Assembly: GCA_002331145.1 (NCBI GenBank)
Contig: DCYT01000001.1
Location: 90,002-154,001, forward strand
Direction of reading: 5' to 3'
Length of the DNA: 64,000 nt
Source: Candidatus Minusculum obligatum
GTDB taxonomy: Bacteria; Patescibacteriota; Minisyncoccia; Phycocordibacterales; Phycocordibacteraceae
Shown here: piece after piece, positions 1-8,987 of the stretch
Layout of the letters: every line of letters starts with the position of its first letter
How positions within the stretch are numbered: position 1 is the stretch's first letter
The notes under the pieces: generated by a model
Seen by the model: the letters and a program-made list of their open reading frames with translations, nothing else
The model's database searches: none
Told to the model about the DNA's origin: nothing
Position numbers and translations under genes: made by a program

Positions 1-1071
1 AAGTTCACTTAACTTCCCTTCAGGGATTCCAAGTAGATCAGCATGACGTACAGACCTACGAATAAGACGTCGCAGTATGTATCCAGCCTCAGTATTACTT
101 GGCATAACACCATCACCAATCATAAATGTTGCTCCTCGTAAGTGATCGAGTATCACACGGAAAGAATTCTCATTTCCAACATATGCTTTCCCTGAAAGCT
201 CTTCAATCTTTTCTCGTGTTGGTGTAAATACATCAACAAGAAATACATCAGGATTCCCAAGTGTTGCTGCAGTTATACGCTCAAGTCCTCCTCCGAAGTC
301 TACATTCCTTCGTGGCAGCGTATCGAAACTTCCATCCTCCTTCTTTAGGAACTCCATAAACACTGAGTTTCCAATCTCAATGAATTGTCCTGAGTCACTA
401 TTTGGATGCAATTCCTTATCTGCATAACTAGGATCTGCAAACTCTTCTCCAAAATCATAGAAGACTTCTGAGTCTGGTCCTCCAGGCTCTCCAGCTGGCA
501 TCTTATCTGGCGTACCAGACCTGCTCCACCAGTTCTTCTTCGCATCATAGAAAAAGATTCGCCCTCCCTGCATTCCTTTTGTATACCCATCTTCTTCAGA
601 CCCAATATGCACTTCCTTTGCTTCAATACCCTTTGATGCAAAAAGTTCCTTCCAGATCTCTACAGACTCAGTATCTTTTTCAATTCCTTCCCCTCCTTCG
701 TATACCGTTACGTAAATTCTATTTGGATCGAGCCCAAGCTCATCTACCAAGAATGAGAAAAACCATGGGAGCTGTTCTTTTTTGAAATAATCTCCCAAAG
801 ACCAGTTTCCAAGCATCTCAAAGAAGGTGGTGTGCCTATTGTCTCCAACCTCTTCAATATCATCTGCTCTAAAACACTTCTGAGAATCTACAAGCCTTGC
901 TCCTGCAGGATGTTCTTCTCCCAACAAATATGGAACAAGTGGCTGCATTCCTGAGCTTGTAAAAAGAGTTGTTGGATCATTCTCAGGAACAATAGGAGCA
1001 GAAGCGATCTCTGCATGATCGTTTCTCTTGAAAAACTCTAGATATTTTTCTCGTACTTCACTTACTTTCAT
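1..1071 (-). CDS. alaS: Alanyl-tRNA synthetase, N-terminal ~356 aa. The ORF runs off the window start; the start codon is at 1071.
   Basis: Manual translation of the minus strand from ATG at 1069-1071 gives MKVSEVREKYLEFFKRNDHAEIASAPIVPENDPTTLFTSSGMQP...CFRADDIEEVGDNRHTTFFEMLGNWSLGDYF, which matches the AlaRS catalytic-core motifs. There is no stop before position 1, which is presumably why it is absent from the complete-ORF track. Confidence 0.85.
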   Translation of the reverse strand, partial: MKVSEVREKYLEFFKRNDHAEIASAPIVPENDPTTLFTSSGMQPLVPYLLGEEHPAGARLVDSQKCFRADDIEEVGDNRHTTFFEMLGNWSLGDYFKKEQLPWFFSFLVDELGLDPNRIYVTVYEGGEGIEKDTESVEIWKELFASKGIEAKEVHIGSEEDGYTKGMQGGRIFFYDAKKNWWSRSGTPDKMPAGEPGGPDSEVFYDFGEEFADPSYADKELHPNSDSGQFIEIGNSVFMEFLKKEDGSFDTLPRRNVDFGGGLERITAATLGNPDVFLVDVFTPTREKIEELSGKAYVGNENSFRVILDHLRGATFMIGDGVMPSNTEAGYILRRLIRRSVRHADLLGIPEGKLSEL

Positions 1072-1073
1072 AC

Positions 1074-1307
1074 TTAAAATGGCAATAACTCAAGACCAAC
1101 AACCTCAAGAACGTATCCAATAACAATAAGAGCAAGTCCTAGAAGGACAAAGTTTCGCTCCTTATGATACTCAGTTACAACGGCGTCACTAATTTTGTGA
1201 TCTTTACTAATCTTTCCATGCAAAGCAAGAGCTGCAAGAATCACCATTACCTTTCCAGCAACAGTGAGTGTCATTCCCCAGAAAATTAGATTTTCTAACA
1301 TATCCAT
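1074..1307 (-). CDS. Small hydrophobic (2-TM) hypothetical protein
   Basis: The 77-aa ORF is tightly packed between alaS and the peptidase gene. It has two hydrophobic stretches. Confidence 0.45.
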   Translation of the reverse strand: MDMLENLIFWGMTLTVAGKVMVILAALALHGKISKDHKISDAVVTEYHKERNFVLLGLALIVIGYVLEVVGLELLPF

Positions 1308-1315
1308 AGAGTACG

Positions 1316-3064
1316 TTACTTTACAGCTTTTTCAAATGCTTCAATGTCTTCTTCGAGCGCCTTAAGCCCCTCCTTAAATACTTCTCCATCTTTAAATGAA
1401 AGACCGATGTTTTCAAAGATTTCCTCTGCCGGCATAGATCCTCCACTTGTTAGGAATGTATCAATCTGCTTTGCATACTCTTTATCCTTTTTATACCGGG
1501 CAAAAAGTGCACGAGATACAAGCTGTCCATATGTATAGGTGTATACATAGAAGAAGTTTCTAAAGTGACTAATATAAATATATGAGTACCCATCATCATC
1601 TGAAACAGATACTGCATCACCCAACTGATCTTTTAGGTGTTTTGTGAGCATTTTTGCAATATCTTCCTCTCCTACAAATCCATCTTCTCGAATCTTTGCA
1701 TGGAGCTCTCTCTCAAAATTATAAAAGGTTGTCTGCCGAGAAATAGAAGAGATATCGTTTTGAATTGAATTATGTAGAAGCAAGAGCTTATCTTCCTCCG
1801 GAAGCTCCTGAAGCAACTTCTCTCGAACTACAGCCTCAAAGAAAGTGCTGGCAGTCTCTGCTACTGCAGTTGAGTACCCCTCATACATTGGAGACTGTGT
1901 CTTACTTCGCTCTGAGTGAATAGCGTGCCCCATTTCATGCGCCAATGTTTCAAATGATCGTAGGTTATCTACATGATTTAAAAGAAGCATTGTTGGAATT
2001 CCAACACTGTGTGCGCAGAATGCTCCACCGCTCTTTCCTTTCTTTGGATATACATCTATCTGTCCATTATCTAAGAATCTTTGGAATGTTTCAGCGTAGA
2101 GAGGATTTACTTCTCCAAATGCATCCTTTACAAGCTCAATACTCTTTTCAAATGAAAATTCAGTACTAAACTTCCCAATATCTATATTCTTATCCTCGTA
2201 TCTAAGTTCTTCTCCTAGATACTTTGCTTTTGCTGCATAGAAGCGGTGCGAAAGCGAGAATGCCTTTGTTACCGTATCTGCAAGAGAATCAATGACTTCT
2301 TGCCTATTTTCATTCCCTCGAACAGTTGGCTCCTCTGGAGTTTTATATCCTCGAAGCTCTCCATTTATTTTGTGATTTGAAATAACAGCATTCATCTCAT
2401 GTGCTGACATTTCTCCCATGTCTTTTAGAACAGCAACAATGTTTGCCCATAGTTCTCTTCGCTTTTCTTTTGGAAGCTTATTGAGTTGCTCAAGCGCTTC
2501 AGGTAAAGGAAGATCTCCATCACTAAATGGCACCATTTTCTTTGCTTCAATAGTTGAAACCATACTCACCCAACGCCCGCGTGATACATCACTCTTAAGT
2601 GAAAGAATTTTCTCTTCTTTTTCTGAGAGAGTGAACTGAGCATTTTCAAATAGCTCCTTAAGGTAGTACTTATAGTGCTCAAGCTCTGGAGCATTTAAAA
2701 AGATCTCCTGCTGCTCTTTTGATGCGGCACCAAGCTCTACACCAAAGAAAAGAGTTTTGTTTCCTGCCTTTGTGTACCGCTCAGACAATTTAGACTCAAG
2801 AGCAAGTGCCTTAGTATTTGTTGCATCTAAGTCTCGAACAAAGAAAAGATAGTAGAGAGGTTTAACAAAAGCTTTCTTTGCTTCCTCTTCTTGCAAATCA
2901 AGAGCTTCTTTAAGAGCTTTTGGATCGGTTAGGAAACTTTTATCTTCAGTATATTTCTTCGCAAAAGATTCTTGAGAGCCTTCAAAAGCTTCCATGTCTT
3001 TTTCAATCTGAGGATCCTCAAGATTTTTGTAGTATAGATTTTCTAAATCCCAATTAGTCTTCAT
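1316..3064 (-). CDS. pepF: Oligoendopeptidase F-like M3 family metallopeptidase
   Basis: The 582-aa ORF carries an HEMGHAIH zinc-binding HExxH motif. Its length and context are typical of M3B PepF. Confidence 0.8.
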   Translation of the reverse strand: MKTNWDLENLYYKNLEDPQIEKDMEAFEGSQESFAKKYTEDKSFLTDPKALKEALDLQEEEAKKAFVKPLYYLFFVRDLDATNTKALALESKLSERYTKAGNKTLFFGVELGAASKEQQEIFLNAPELEHYKYYLKELFENAQFTLSEKEEKILSLKSDVSRGRWVSMVSTIEAKKMVPFSDGDLPLPEALEQLNKLPKEKRRELWANIVAVLKDMGEMSAHEMNAVISNHKINGELRGYKTPEEPTVRGNENRQEVIDSLADTVTKAFSLSHRFYAAKAKYLGEELRYEDKNIDIGKFSTEFSFEKSIELVKDAFGEVNPLYAETFQRFLDNGQIDVYPKKGKSGGAFCAHSVGIPTMLLLNHVDNLRSFETLAHEMGHAIHSERSKTQSPMYEGYSTAVAETASTFFEAVVREKLLQELPEEDKLLLLHNSIQNDISSISRQTTFYNFERELHAKIREDGFVGEEDIAKMLTKHLKDQLGDAVSVSDDDGYSYIYISHFRNFFYVYTYTYGQLVSRALFARYKKDKEYAKQIDTFLTSGGSMPAEEIFENIGLSFKDGEVFKEGLKALEEDIEAFEKAVK

Positions 3065-3617
3065 ATAATGACAGCTCTTTATCTAATGTTTCCTTATATA
3101 ACTCAACAATTTTACTCTCCCCTAATTTCTCCTTCACAATATCGTATACCGCACTGTGATACCAGATGTATTTTTTATCAAGGAGACCCAAGCTTTTCAC
3201 AAACATAAATCCCTGATCATTATGAATACGATACTTGGACTGCATATTGTGAATCTTATCTGCTGCTGCAATAAGTACAGCATCTACAGGACCATCTTCC
3301 AGCTTCTTAAGATAGATATCTTTTCGCTCCTTCCAGGGAATATTTCCCTTTGGTTCACTTACATTATCTACCAATTCGCTTACACGCTCTCCGAAAAACT
3401 TTATAAGTTCTTCATGCGTCATCTCAGTATCCTCTACCGTATCGTGTAAAAGTGCTGCAATAACGATGTCTTCATCTTCTGTGTAGTTAGACACTAACGA
3501 AGCCACTGAGAATGGGTGTGAAATATAAGGAAGCTCATCATGCTCCTTTCGAAATTGCCCATGATGATATTGACTTGCAATGCGAATCGCATTTTCTAAC
3601 CGTGGTGTGTATTTCAT
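3054..3617 (-). CDS. HD-domain metal-dependent phosphohydrolase (small RelA/SpoT-like HD protein)
   Basis: It has the H...HD...D pattern (ISHPFSVASLV...LLHDTVEDT). It overlaps neighbouring genes by a few nt, consistent with an operon. Confidence 0.65.
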   Translation of the reverse strand: MKYTPRLENAIRIASQYHHGQFRKEHDELPYISHPFSVASLVSNYTEDEDIVIAALLHDTVEDTEMTHEELIKFFGERVSELVDNVSEPKGNIPWKERKDIYLKKLEDGPVDAVLIAAADKIHNMQSKYRIHNDQGFMFVKSLGLLDKKYIWYHSAVYDIVKEKLGESKIVELYKETLDKELSLYED

Positions 3618-4216
3618 ACAAATTGTTTTAGTACTTTAAAATCTTCCTTTATTACGCTCTTTAGTTTTTGATTATATATAGATGCAGAAGGATGATAGAG
3701 CGCTACAATTTTAATTCTTTGTGCACCAACTTTCCCCTCAAAAACTGACCCATGCAGTTCAGAAATAGTTTTCTTCTCTATGTCTACACCATATCGATCA
3801 AAGAGATACTCCATTGCAAACCTTCCAAGTGCCACCACTACCTTGGGAGCAATGATTTCTATCTGCCTATCAAGATACGGAGCATACCATGCAATCTCTT
3901 CCTTTGTCGGATCCCTATTCTTTTGTGGTCGATCTTTTACAACACTTGTCACAAACACGCTTTCCCTATCAAGATTAATGCTTTCAAAAAGTTCATCTAG
4001 TATTTTCCCTGTCTGACCACAAAACGGACGTCCTGTCTCTGCTTCATTTTTTCCAGGAGCTTCACCAACCATAACTATCTTTGCATTTGTCCTCCCTTCT
4101 CCAGGAACTGGAAGATAGTTATTTTCTTTTCTATATGAATACAGCGGTGCTTTCTTTGCTTTGATGAGTTCTTTTCGAATTTCTTCTAATTTTTCTTTCT
4201 TTTGCTGAATATTCAT
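3614..4216 (-). CDS. Uracil-DNA glycosylase, family 4 type
   Basis: It has the GEAPG motif (VMVGEAPGKNEAETGRPFCGQTG) and a C-terminal HPS motif (ALYHPSASIY). The 4-nt ATGA overlap with the downstream HD gene indicates an operon. Confidence 0.8.
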   Translation of the reverse strand: MNIQQKKEKLEEIRKELIKAKKAPLYSYRKENNYLPVPGEGRTNAKIVMVGEAPGKNEAETGRPFCGQTGKILDELFESINLDRESVFVTSVVKDRPQKNRDPTKEEIAWYAPYLDRQIEIIAPKVVVALGRFAMEYLFDRYGVDIEKKTISELHGSVFEGKVGAQRIKIVALYHPSASIYNQKLKSVIKEDFKVLKQFV

Positions 4217-4224
4217 ATTTTTAC

Positions 4225-4260
4225 AACTACGTAGTTAATTACGTAATTAACTACGTAGTT
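4225..4260. promoter_or_regulatory. A perfect 36-bp palindrome built from three consecutive 12-bp dyads (AACTACGTAGTT / AATTACGTAATT / AACTACGTAGTT), 9 nt upstream of the udg start. It is a candidate operator or RNA hairpin.
   Basis: Read directly: aactacgtagttaattacgtaattaactacgtagtt equals its own reverse complement. A related triple dyad is at 48576..48611. Confidence 0.6.
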
Positions 4261-4513
4261 CTTTTTCAAGCAATTTTTTCTTCATTTCACTTCCTCCACG
4301 ATTGTATTCCCCCACAGAACCATCAGCTTTTATGACTCGATGGCAAGGAACAGTCTTATCGTAGTTATTTTTCATAATAGAACCAACAGCACGAGCAGCC
4401 CCTGGTGCCCCTGCTACAGCTGCTACTTGCCCATAGGAAAGAGTTTTTCCTTTTGGGATCTTTCGTACGACATCCCGGACTCTCTCTGTAAAATTATTTT
4501 TTGACCTTTCCAT
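4247..4513 (-). CDS. Minimal methylated-DNA-protein-cysteine methyltransferase (MGMT/Ogt C-terminal DNA-binding domain with the active Cys)
   Basis: It has the PCHRV active-site motif and an HTH (LSYGQVAAVAGAPGAARAVG). The start is set at the internal Met (MERSKNN), so that the overlap with the upstream ORF is only about 20 nt. Confidence 0.65.
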   Translation of the reverse strand: MERSKNNFTERVRDVVRKIPKGKTLSYGQVAAVAGAPGAARAVGSIMKNNYDKTVPCHRVIKADGSVGEYNRGGSEMKKKLLEKELRS

Positions 4514-5270
4514 CTTTATGTTTTTGTAAAAGAAGTTGTCCTGCAGCACTTCTATATGGGCAGTGCTCACAAAGCTCTCCTGACTCTGGAACTTCGTCAC
4601 TATCTAGCGTTTCTTTAATGGCAAGAAGTCGCTCTTCAATCCAATCAGTATTTCCTTCATATGCAATAACATCCATATCGAACTTAAGTTCTGCATCAAA
4701 CTCATCCTCTCCTTTTCTTCCATTTGCATAGACAAAGTATCCAGTATCAGAAACCTTGAATCCATTTTGTCGAAGCAGCCACTGATATACATCCATCTGC
4801 CGCTGGTACTGCTCTCCCCACCTCCCCTCAAGTGTTGGCTTCTCTTCTTTTGAAGTTGCCTTGTAGTCTACAACCATAAGTTCCCCTTCTTTATTTACCC
4901 AAATATCATCAACCGCTCCAAAGATTTCAAAACCAGTTGCCTCGTGGAAATGAGTAACTCCGGTAAAGTTCTCTCGCCATGTTTCTAGATCCTTGTGCTG
5001 GTATGGCACTGCATCAATATCAAACTCCTTCATTAAAGGATGCGGCTCTTCCTTCTCTCTATATGTATCAAACTCTTTCTTTAGAAGTGCGTCTACTGCC
5101 AAGTTAAGTGTAAAGCTTGGCATTCCAGGACGTGCTATCCCATGACGCTGGTCAATATAAAAACAACGAGGACACTCTCCAAAATAATCTATCTTTGTTC
5201 GACTTATTCTATGAGTTTTCTTTTGTCCTGGTGTGTAGTTCCAATTCTTATTTCGTATCTTATATGCCAT
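4494..5270 (-). CDS. Cas4/RecB-like PD-(D/E)XK nuclease with four Cys residues
   Basis: The Cys residues are N-terminal CPRC and C-terminal CEHC. There is a D...E-x-K core (GAVDDIW; LMVVDYK) and a QxxxY motif (GEQYQRQMDVYQW). Confidence 0.65.
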   Translation of the reverse strand: MAYKIRNKNWNYTPGQKKTHRISRTKIDYFGECPRCFYIDQRHGIARPGMPSFTLNLAVDALLKKEFDTYREKEEPHPLMKEFDIDAVPYQHKDLETWRENFTGVTHFHEATGFEIFGAVDDIWVNKEGELMVVDYKATSKEEKPTLEGRWGEQYQRQMDVYQWLLRQNGFKVSDTGYFVYANGRKGEDEFDAELKFDMDVIAYEGNTDWIEERLLAIKETLDSDEVPESGELCEHCPYRSAAGQLLLQKHKDGKVKK

Positions 5271-5273
5271 AGA

Positions 5274-6125
5274 TTATTTTTGCTCTTTATATGGCATTTT
5301 ACCTAAGTGCACAGCTTCCTGCAAAACTTCCTTTATATGATCCTTTGAAAGCCCCAAAGAAAGCACTGCCTCCTTATTCTTTTCCAAATCTTCACAGAGA
5401 ATAATTCCTTTTTGAATAAGAGATTGCTTCTGAGATCTTGAAAGTGTTGTGAGAGTTGTAATGGGAAATACCTCATACTTCATAATCAAATCCAGAAGTG
5501 AATTCTTTTCAGGGTAACTCCATCCAATAATATCGAGCCCCACACACTCAGCATACTCAACAGCATTCTTCGTGAATTTAGTATTTGTAATAAGCAATCC
5601 TTTATTTACCGGACAACTAGATGGATCCTCTGCTCGCTTCTCAAAAATGTCATTCATTCGAGCGTGTACGTAAAGCGCTGTTCGCACATTTGTTTTAAAT
5701 CCAATGCTGTTATGGAACTTCACCTCAACAGCAATACATTCCTCATCATTGCTTGCAACCACATCAAGCTCATGATTAATACACTTTCCAGGAACTACCT
5801 GGCGAAGTTTTGTTTTGTATCCCATCTTCTTATACAAAGCTCCCACAAAATCCTCAAATGGAAATCCTGTAGGTCCCAGATCAAAAAGAGCACGGCGAAG
5901 TGAGTACCTTGCAGCAGTTGGCCTGCTTTCCCTTCGAAGCTCTCTAAAAGCTGTTTTGTAAATTTCTGAGGTTGTAACACCAGATACAGCACCTTCTACA
6001 ACCTCACTTACAATCTGCTTTGCGAGTTTTTCCTCTGCTCCTGCATTTACAAGAGAGTTAATAAGCTTCTCCTCACGAAAGACTTCGCTTGTTCCATCAG
6101 CTTTTGTTACGTAAAAGTCGAGCAT
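5274..6125 (-). CDS. ATP-cone domain fused to a restriction-endonuclease-like (Mrr/PD-(D/E)XK) domain
   Basis: The N-terminus (MLDFYVTKADGTSEVFREEKLINSL) resembles an ATP-cone. The central region (IAVEVKFH...KTNVRTALYV) resembles a Mrr-type REase core. Confidence 0.6.
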   Translation of the reverse strand: MLDFYVTKADGTSEVFREEKLINSLVNAGAEEKLAKQIVSEVVEGAVSGVTTSEIYKTAFRELRRESRPTAARYSLRRALFDLGPTGFPFEDFVGALYKKMGYKTKLRQVVPGKCINHELDVVASNDEECIAVEVKFHNSIGFKTNVRTALYVHARMNDIFEKRAEDPSSCPVNKGLLITNTKFTKNAVEYAECVGLDIIGWSYPEKNSLLDLIMKYEVFPITTLTTLSRSQKQSLIQKGIILCEDLEKNKEAVLSLGLSKDHIKEVLQEAVHLGKMPYKEQK

Positions 6126-6131
6126 TGTGTG

Positions 6132-6548
6132 TTACTCCACAACGAGACTTGGCACAGGAATATCTACCCCATCAAATGTAAGGGCAAAGCTTGCAGCAAC
6201 ATCAACTTCCACATCAATAGAAAAGGCTCGCTCATCAATTACCTGTATACAAATGCCTCCTGTATCTACTGTTGTTAGGTCGATAAATACTTGCTCTGGA
6301 AAGCTCTCCGCAATGCGAATATTTTCATTCAACTCATGACATGGAGTTGGAAGCATTACCGCCCCTGAAATAGTGTGTATTCCATCATCAAAATCGTGTT
6401 CTATTTCATAGCTCTCTTCTTCTACAGCAGGAAGATTATCATCTATAACAACATCATCAGATGAACTCTTCTCTCCTGGCCAAAAGAAAAATATCCCAAG
6501 GACAATTCCTGCAATTACAACAATTCCTAATACCGCTCGTGTGTACAT
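6132..6548 (-). CDS. Membrane-anchored hypothetical protein
   Basis: There is an N-terminal TM segment (AVLGIVVIAGIVLGIFFFW). The start is set at the internal Met to avoid overlap with mnmA. Confidence 0.45.
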   Translation of the reverse strand: MYTRAVLGIVVIAGIVLGIFFFWPGEKSSSDDVVIDDNLPAVEEESYEIEHDFDDGIHTISGAVMLPTPCHELNENIRIAESFPEQVFIDLTTVDTGGICIQVIDERAFSIDVEVDVAASFALTFDGVDIPVPSLVVE

Positions 6549-6553
6549 ATCTA

Positions 6554-7600
6554 CTAGTATACGATAGTTCCCCCGCCCAAACATTCTTCTCCACGATACA
6601 AAACTAATGCCTGCCCTTCAGCTGGAACTTCGGGAAGATTTTCTTTAAAGGTTACAACTCCTTCAGGAGTAATGCTCTCCACAGCAACCTCAGGGCCATG
6701 ATACCTATATTGTGCAGTTAGATTGTTTCCTGCAGGAAATACATGTGTCCATGACATATTTTCGATACGAAGTGTTTTGGGAGTATTTTTTGCTTTACTC
6801 TTTTGTGGACCAACAGTAATGGTATTTTTATGAATATCCTTTGAGAGAACATACAGAGCTTCTTCTGAATTTTCTCTCGTCTCAAATCCATGACGCTGTC
6901 CCAATGTATAGATAACCGCTCCATTGTGGGCCCCAATAATCTCACCCTTTTCATTTAGAACATCTCCTGGAGTTGTTTTTATGTGCGTACTTAGAAACTC
7001 CTCCATATCAACATGACCAATGAAGCAAAGCCCTTGCGAGTCTCTCTTTTCTGCAACAGGAAGATCATATGCTCGTGCTTGCTTTCTTGTCTCTGACTTT
7101 TCTTTTATATCTCCTAGAGGAAAGAGAATATGAGAGAGTTCATTTTGTGTAAGTGTGTAAAGGAAATAACTTTGATCCTTTTTCCCATCAACACCCCGAA
7201 GCAATCTATAAATCCCCTTCTCTTCTTTTACCTGCGCATAGTGCCCCGTAGCAACTTTATCTACGCCCTTTTCCTTTGCCCAGTCTAGAAATGCACCGAA
7301 CTTAATATCTCTATTGCAAAGCGTGTCAGGATTTGGAGTTCTTCCTGCTTTGTATTCACTAATCAAATAATCAATAACTGATTCTTTGTAGTTTTTAGTA
7401 AGGTCGAGTGTTGTAAATGGAATACCAATATGCGCTGCTACCCGCATAGCATCTTGCCTATCTTCCTTCCATGTACATGGCACATTTTCTGGATACCATC
7501 CCTTAAGGAAAATACCAGCCACATCATGGCCTTCTTTATGCAGCTGAGCTGCTGTTACTGAGGAATCTACTCCTCCACTCATCCCAACAAACACTTTCAT
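6554..7600 (-). CDS. mnmA: tRNA 2-thiouridine(34) synthase MnmA
   Basis: It has the PP-loop motif (MKVFVGMSGGVDSS). The start is set at MKVFVG. Confidence 0.9.
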   Translation of the reverse strand: MKVFVGMSGGVDSSVTAAQLHKEGHDVAGIFLKGWYPENVPCTWKEDRQDAMRVAAHIGIPFTTLDLTKNYKESVIDYLISEYKAGRTPNPDTLCNRDIKFGAFLDWAKEKGVDKVATGHYAQVKEEKGIYRLLRGVDGKKDQSYFLYTLTQNELSHILFPLGDIKEKSETRKQARAYDLPVAEKRDSQGLCFIGHVDMEEFLSTHIKTTPGDVLNEKGEIIGAHNGAVIYTLGQRHGFETRENSEEALYVLSKDIHKNTITVGPQKSKAKNTPKTLRIENMSWTHVFPAGNNLTAQYRYHGPEVAVESITPEGVVTFKENLPEVPAEGQALVLYRGEECLGGGTIVY

Positions 7601-7638
7601 AGCGAGAAAATAGCATTTGTCGCTTACTTTGTACATTT

Positions 7639-8007
7639 TTGCTATGCTTAAGATACCAAGTAGTGGAGGTTGCTGTGGTGCGTTCTTTGCCAAGAAAACT
7701 CTCCGTTGATGTTTGGGACGAACTTTCCTTAAATGCTTTTAAAGCTACAGGAGAGAAAATAGCCCAAATAAAAGCTCCTATTGCTGAAAAACAGCAATGT
7801 ACGGTGAAAATATCGAAAACCCGAGAAGGGCGCGAAGTCCTTTGGCTTTTATTTCTAGTTAAAGGAGGTCGAGAATTTGGATTATCTCTTCCTCATATAT
7901 GGAAAGAGTATGAAGAAGGTGTGGTCGATTTTGAAGCTGGAGGAGAAGACGGTTTCCTGGATCAACGTGAGTTAGAAGAATATCTGAGGCTGTACCTTCA
8001 TCTATGA
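7639..8007 (+). CDS. Possible small hypothetical protein. It is the only plus-strand ORF in a 425-bp gap.
   Basis: A 122-aa ORF fills the gap between mnmA and mltG. I recognise no motif in it. Confidence 0.3.
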   Translation: MLCLRYQVVEVAVVRSLPRKLSVDVWDELSLNAFKATGEKIAQIKAPIAEKQQCTVKISKTREGREVLWLLFLVKGGREFGLSLPHIWKEYEEGVVDFEAGGEDGFLDQRELEEYLRLYLHL

Positions 8008-8024
8008 ATGTGCAGCCTTTTTCT

Positions 8025-8987
8025 TTAGTCTAAATAGAGTGCGCGATTTCTTCTGTGCCCATCAAATGTCTGTGCATAGTGCATAAGCCCATCATTTCCT
8101 GTTAGATAGAAAAGATACCCTGTCTCAATTGGATTTGCTGCAGCATAGAGAGAATCAATTCCAGGGTTGCTGATAGGTCCTGGAGGAAGTCCTCTGTACT
8201 TATACGTATTGTACGGAGAATCAATTTCAAGATCTTCTAGACTTGGATGGAATGTTTCTCTCTCAAAAATATATCCAAATACTGCATCTACCTGGAGTGC
8301 CATTCCAATATCAATCCGATCCCACAAAATTCCAGATACCTTTTGTTTTGTCTCAAGCTGACGAGCCTCTCGCTCCAAGATGGAAGCCATAATTACAATA
8401 TCTGAAAGTGGCTTATCAAACTCAATATCTTTTATTTGTCTTTGAAACTCTCCATGCATTGTATTTACAATTGTCTGCGCTGAGACATTGGGTACAAAGT
8501 TATATGTATCTGGGAAAAGGTATCCTTCTAAACCATCTGCTTTCTTTTTAAACTCCTCTGCACTTATGTGTGGGAACTTTGCCTCAATATCCTCTGCCAT
8601 CTCTCGAATGGTAAGTCCCTCTGCAAAAGTAATGGTTGTTGGCTCTACACCATGAACTCCTGTAGCAATACGATACGCGACAATAAGTGGCCCTACTTGA
8701 TTTGAAAAGAAATAATCTCCTGCTTTTAATTTATTTGAATTAAAGAATCCTCGTGTAATTCCTATGTACAGTTTTTTTGATTCAATAACATTTGCATCGT
8801 GCAAAATATCAGCAATCTGCTCTGTTGTTACCCCTAAGGGAATATTGATTGTTTCTCCTATTGGAAAATTCTTTGGCGCATCAAACACTGCTCCCCAAAT
8901 GAGTACAAGAATAGCAACTGTCAAAAGACCTGCCCCTATATAAACACGTCTAATACGCAGCAAAAATGAAATTATTTTCTGAATCAT
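8025..8987 (-). CDS. mltG: Endolytic murein transglycosylase MltG (YceG family)
   Basis: It has an N-terminal TM segment and YceG-like features (LKAGDYFFSNQVGPLIVAYRIATG). Confidence 0.8.
   Translation of the reverse strand: MIQKIISFLLRIRRVYIGAGLLTVAILVLIWGAVFDAPKNFPIGETINIPLGVTTEQIADILHDANVIESKKLYIGITRGFFNSNKLKAGDYFFSNQVGPLIVAYRIATGVHGVEPTTITFAEGLTIREMAEDIEAKFPHISAEEFKKKADGLEGYLFPDTYNFVPNVSAQTIVNTMHGEFQRQIKDIEFDKPLSDIVIMASILEREARQLETKQKVSGILWDRIDIGMALQVDAVFGYIFERETFHPSLEDLEIDSPYNTYKYRGLPPGPISNPGIDSLYAAANPIETGYLFYLTGNDGLMHYAQTFDGHRRNRALYLD

Noticed and set aside
345-785. ORFs 345..641(-) and 579..785(+)
   Set aside because: They lie inside alaS in other frames. The alaS frame gives a clean AlaRS translation across this region.
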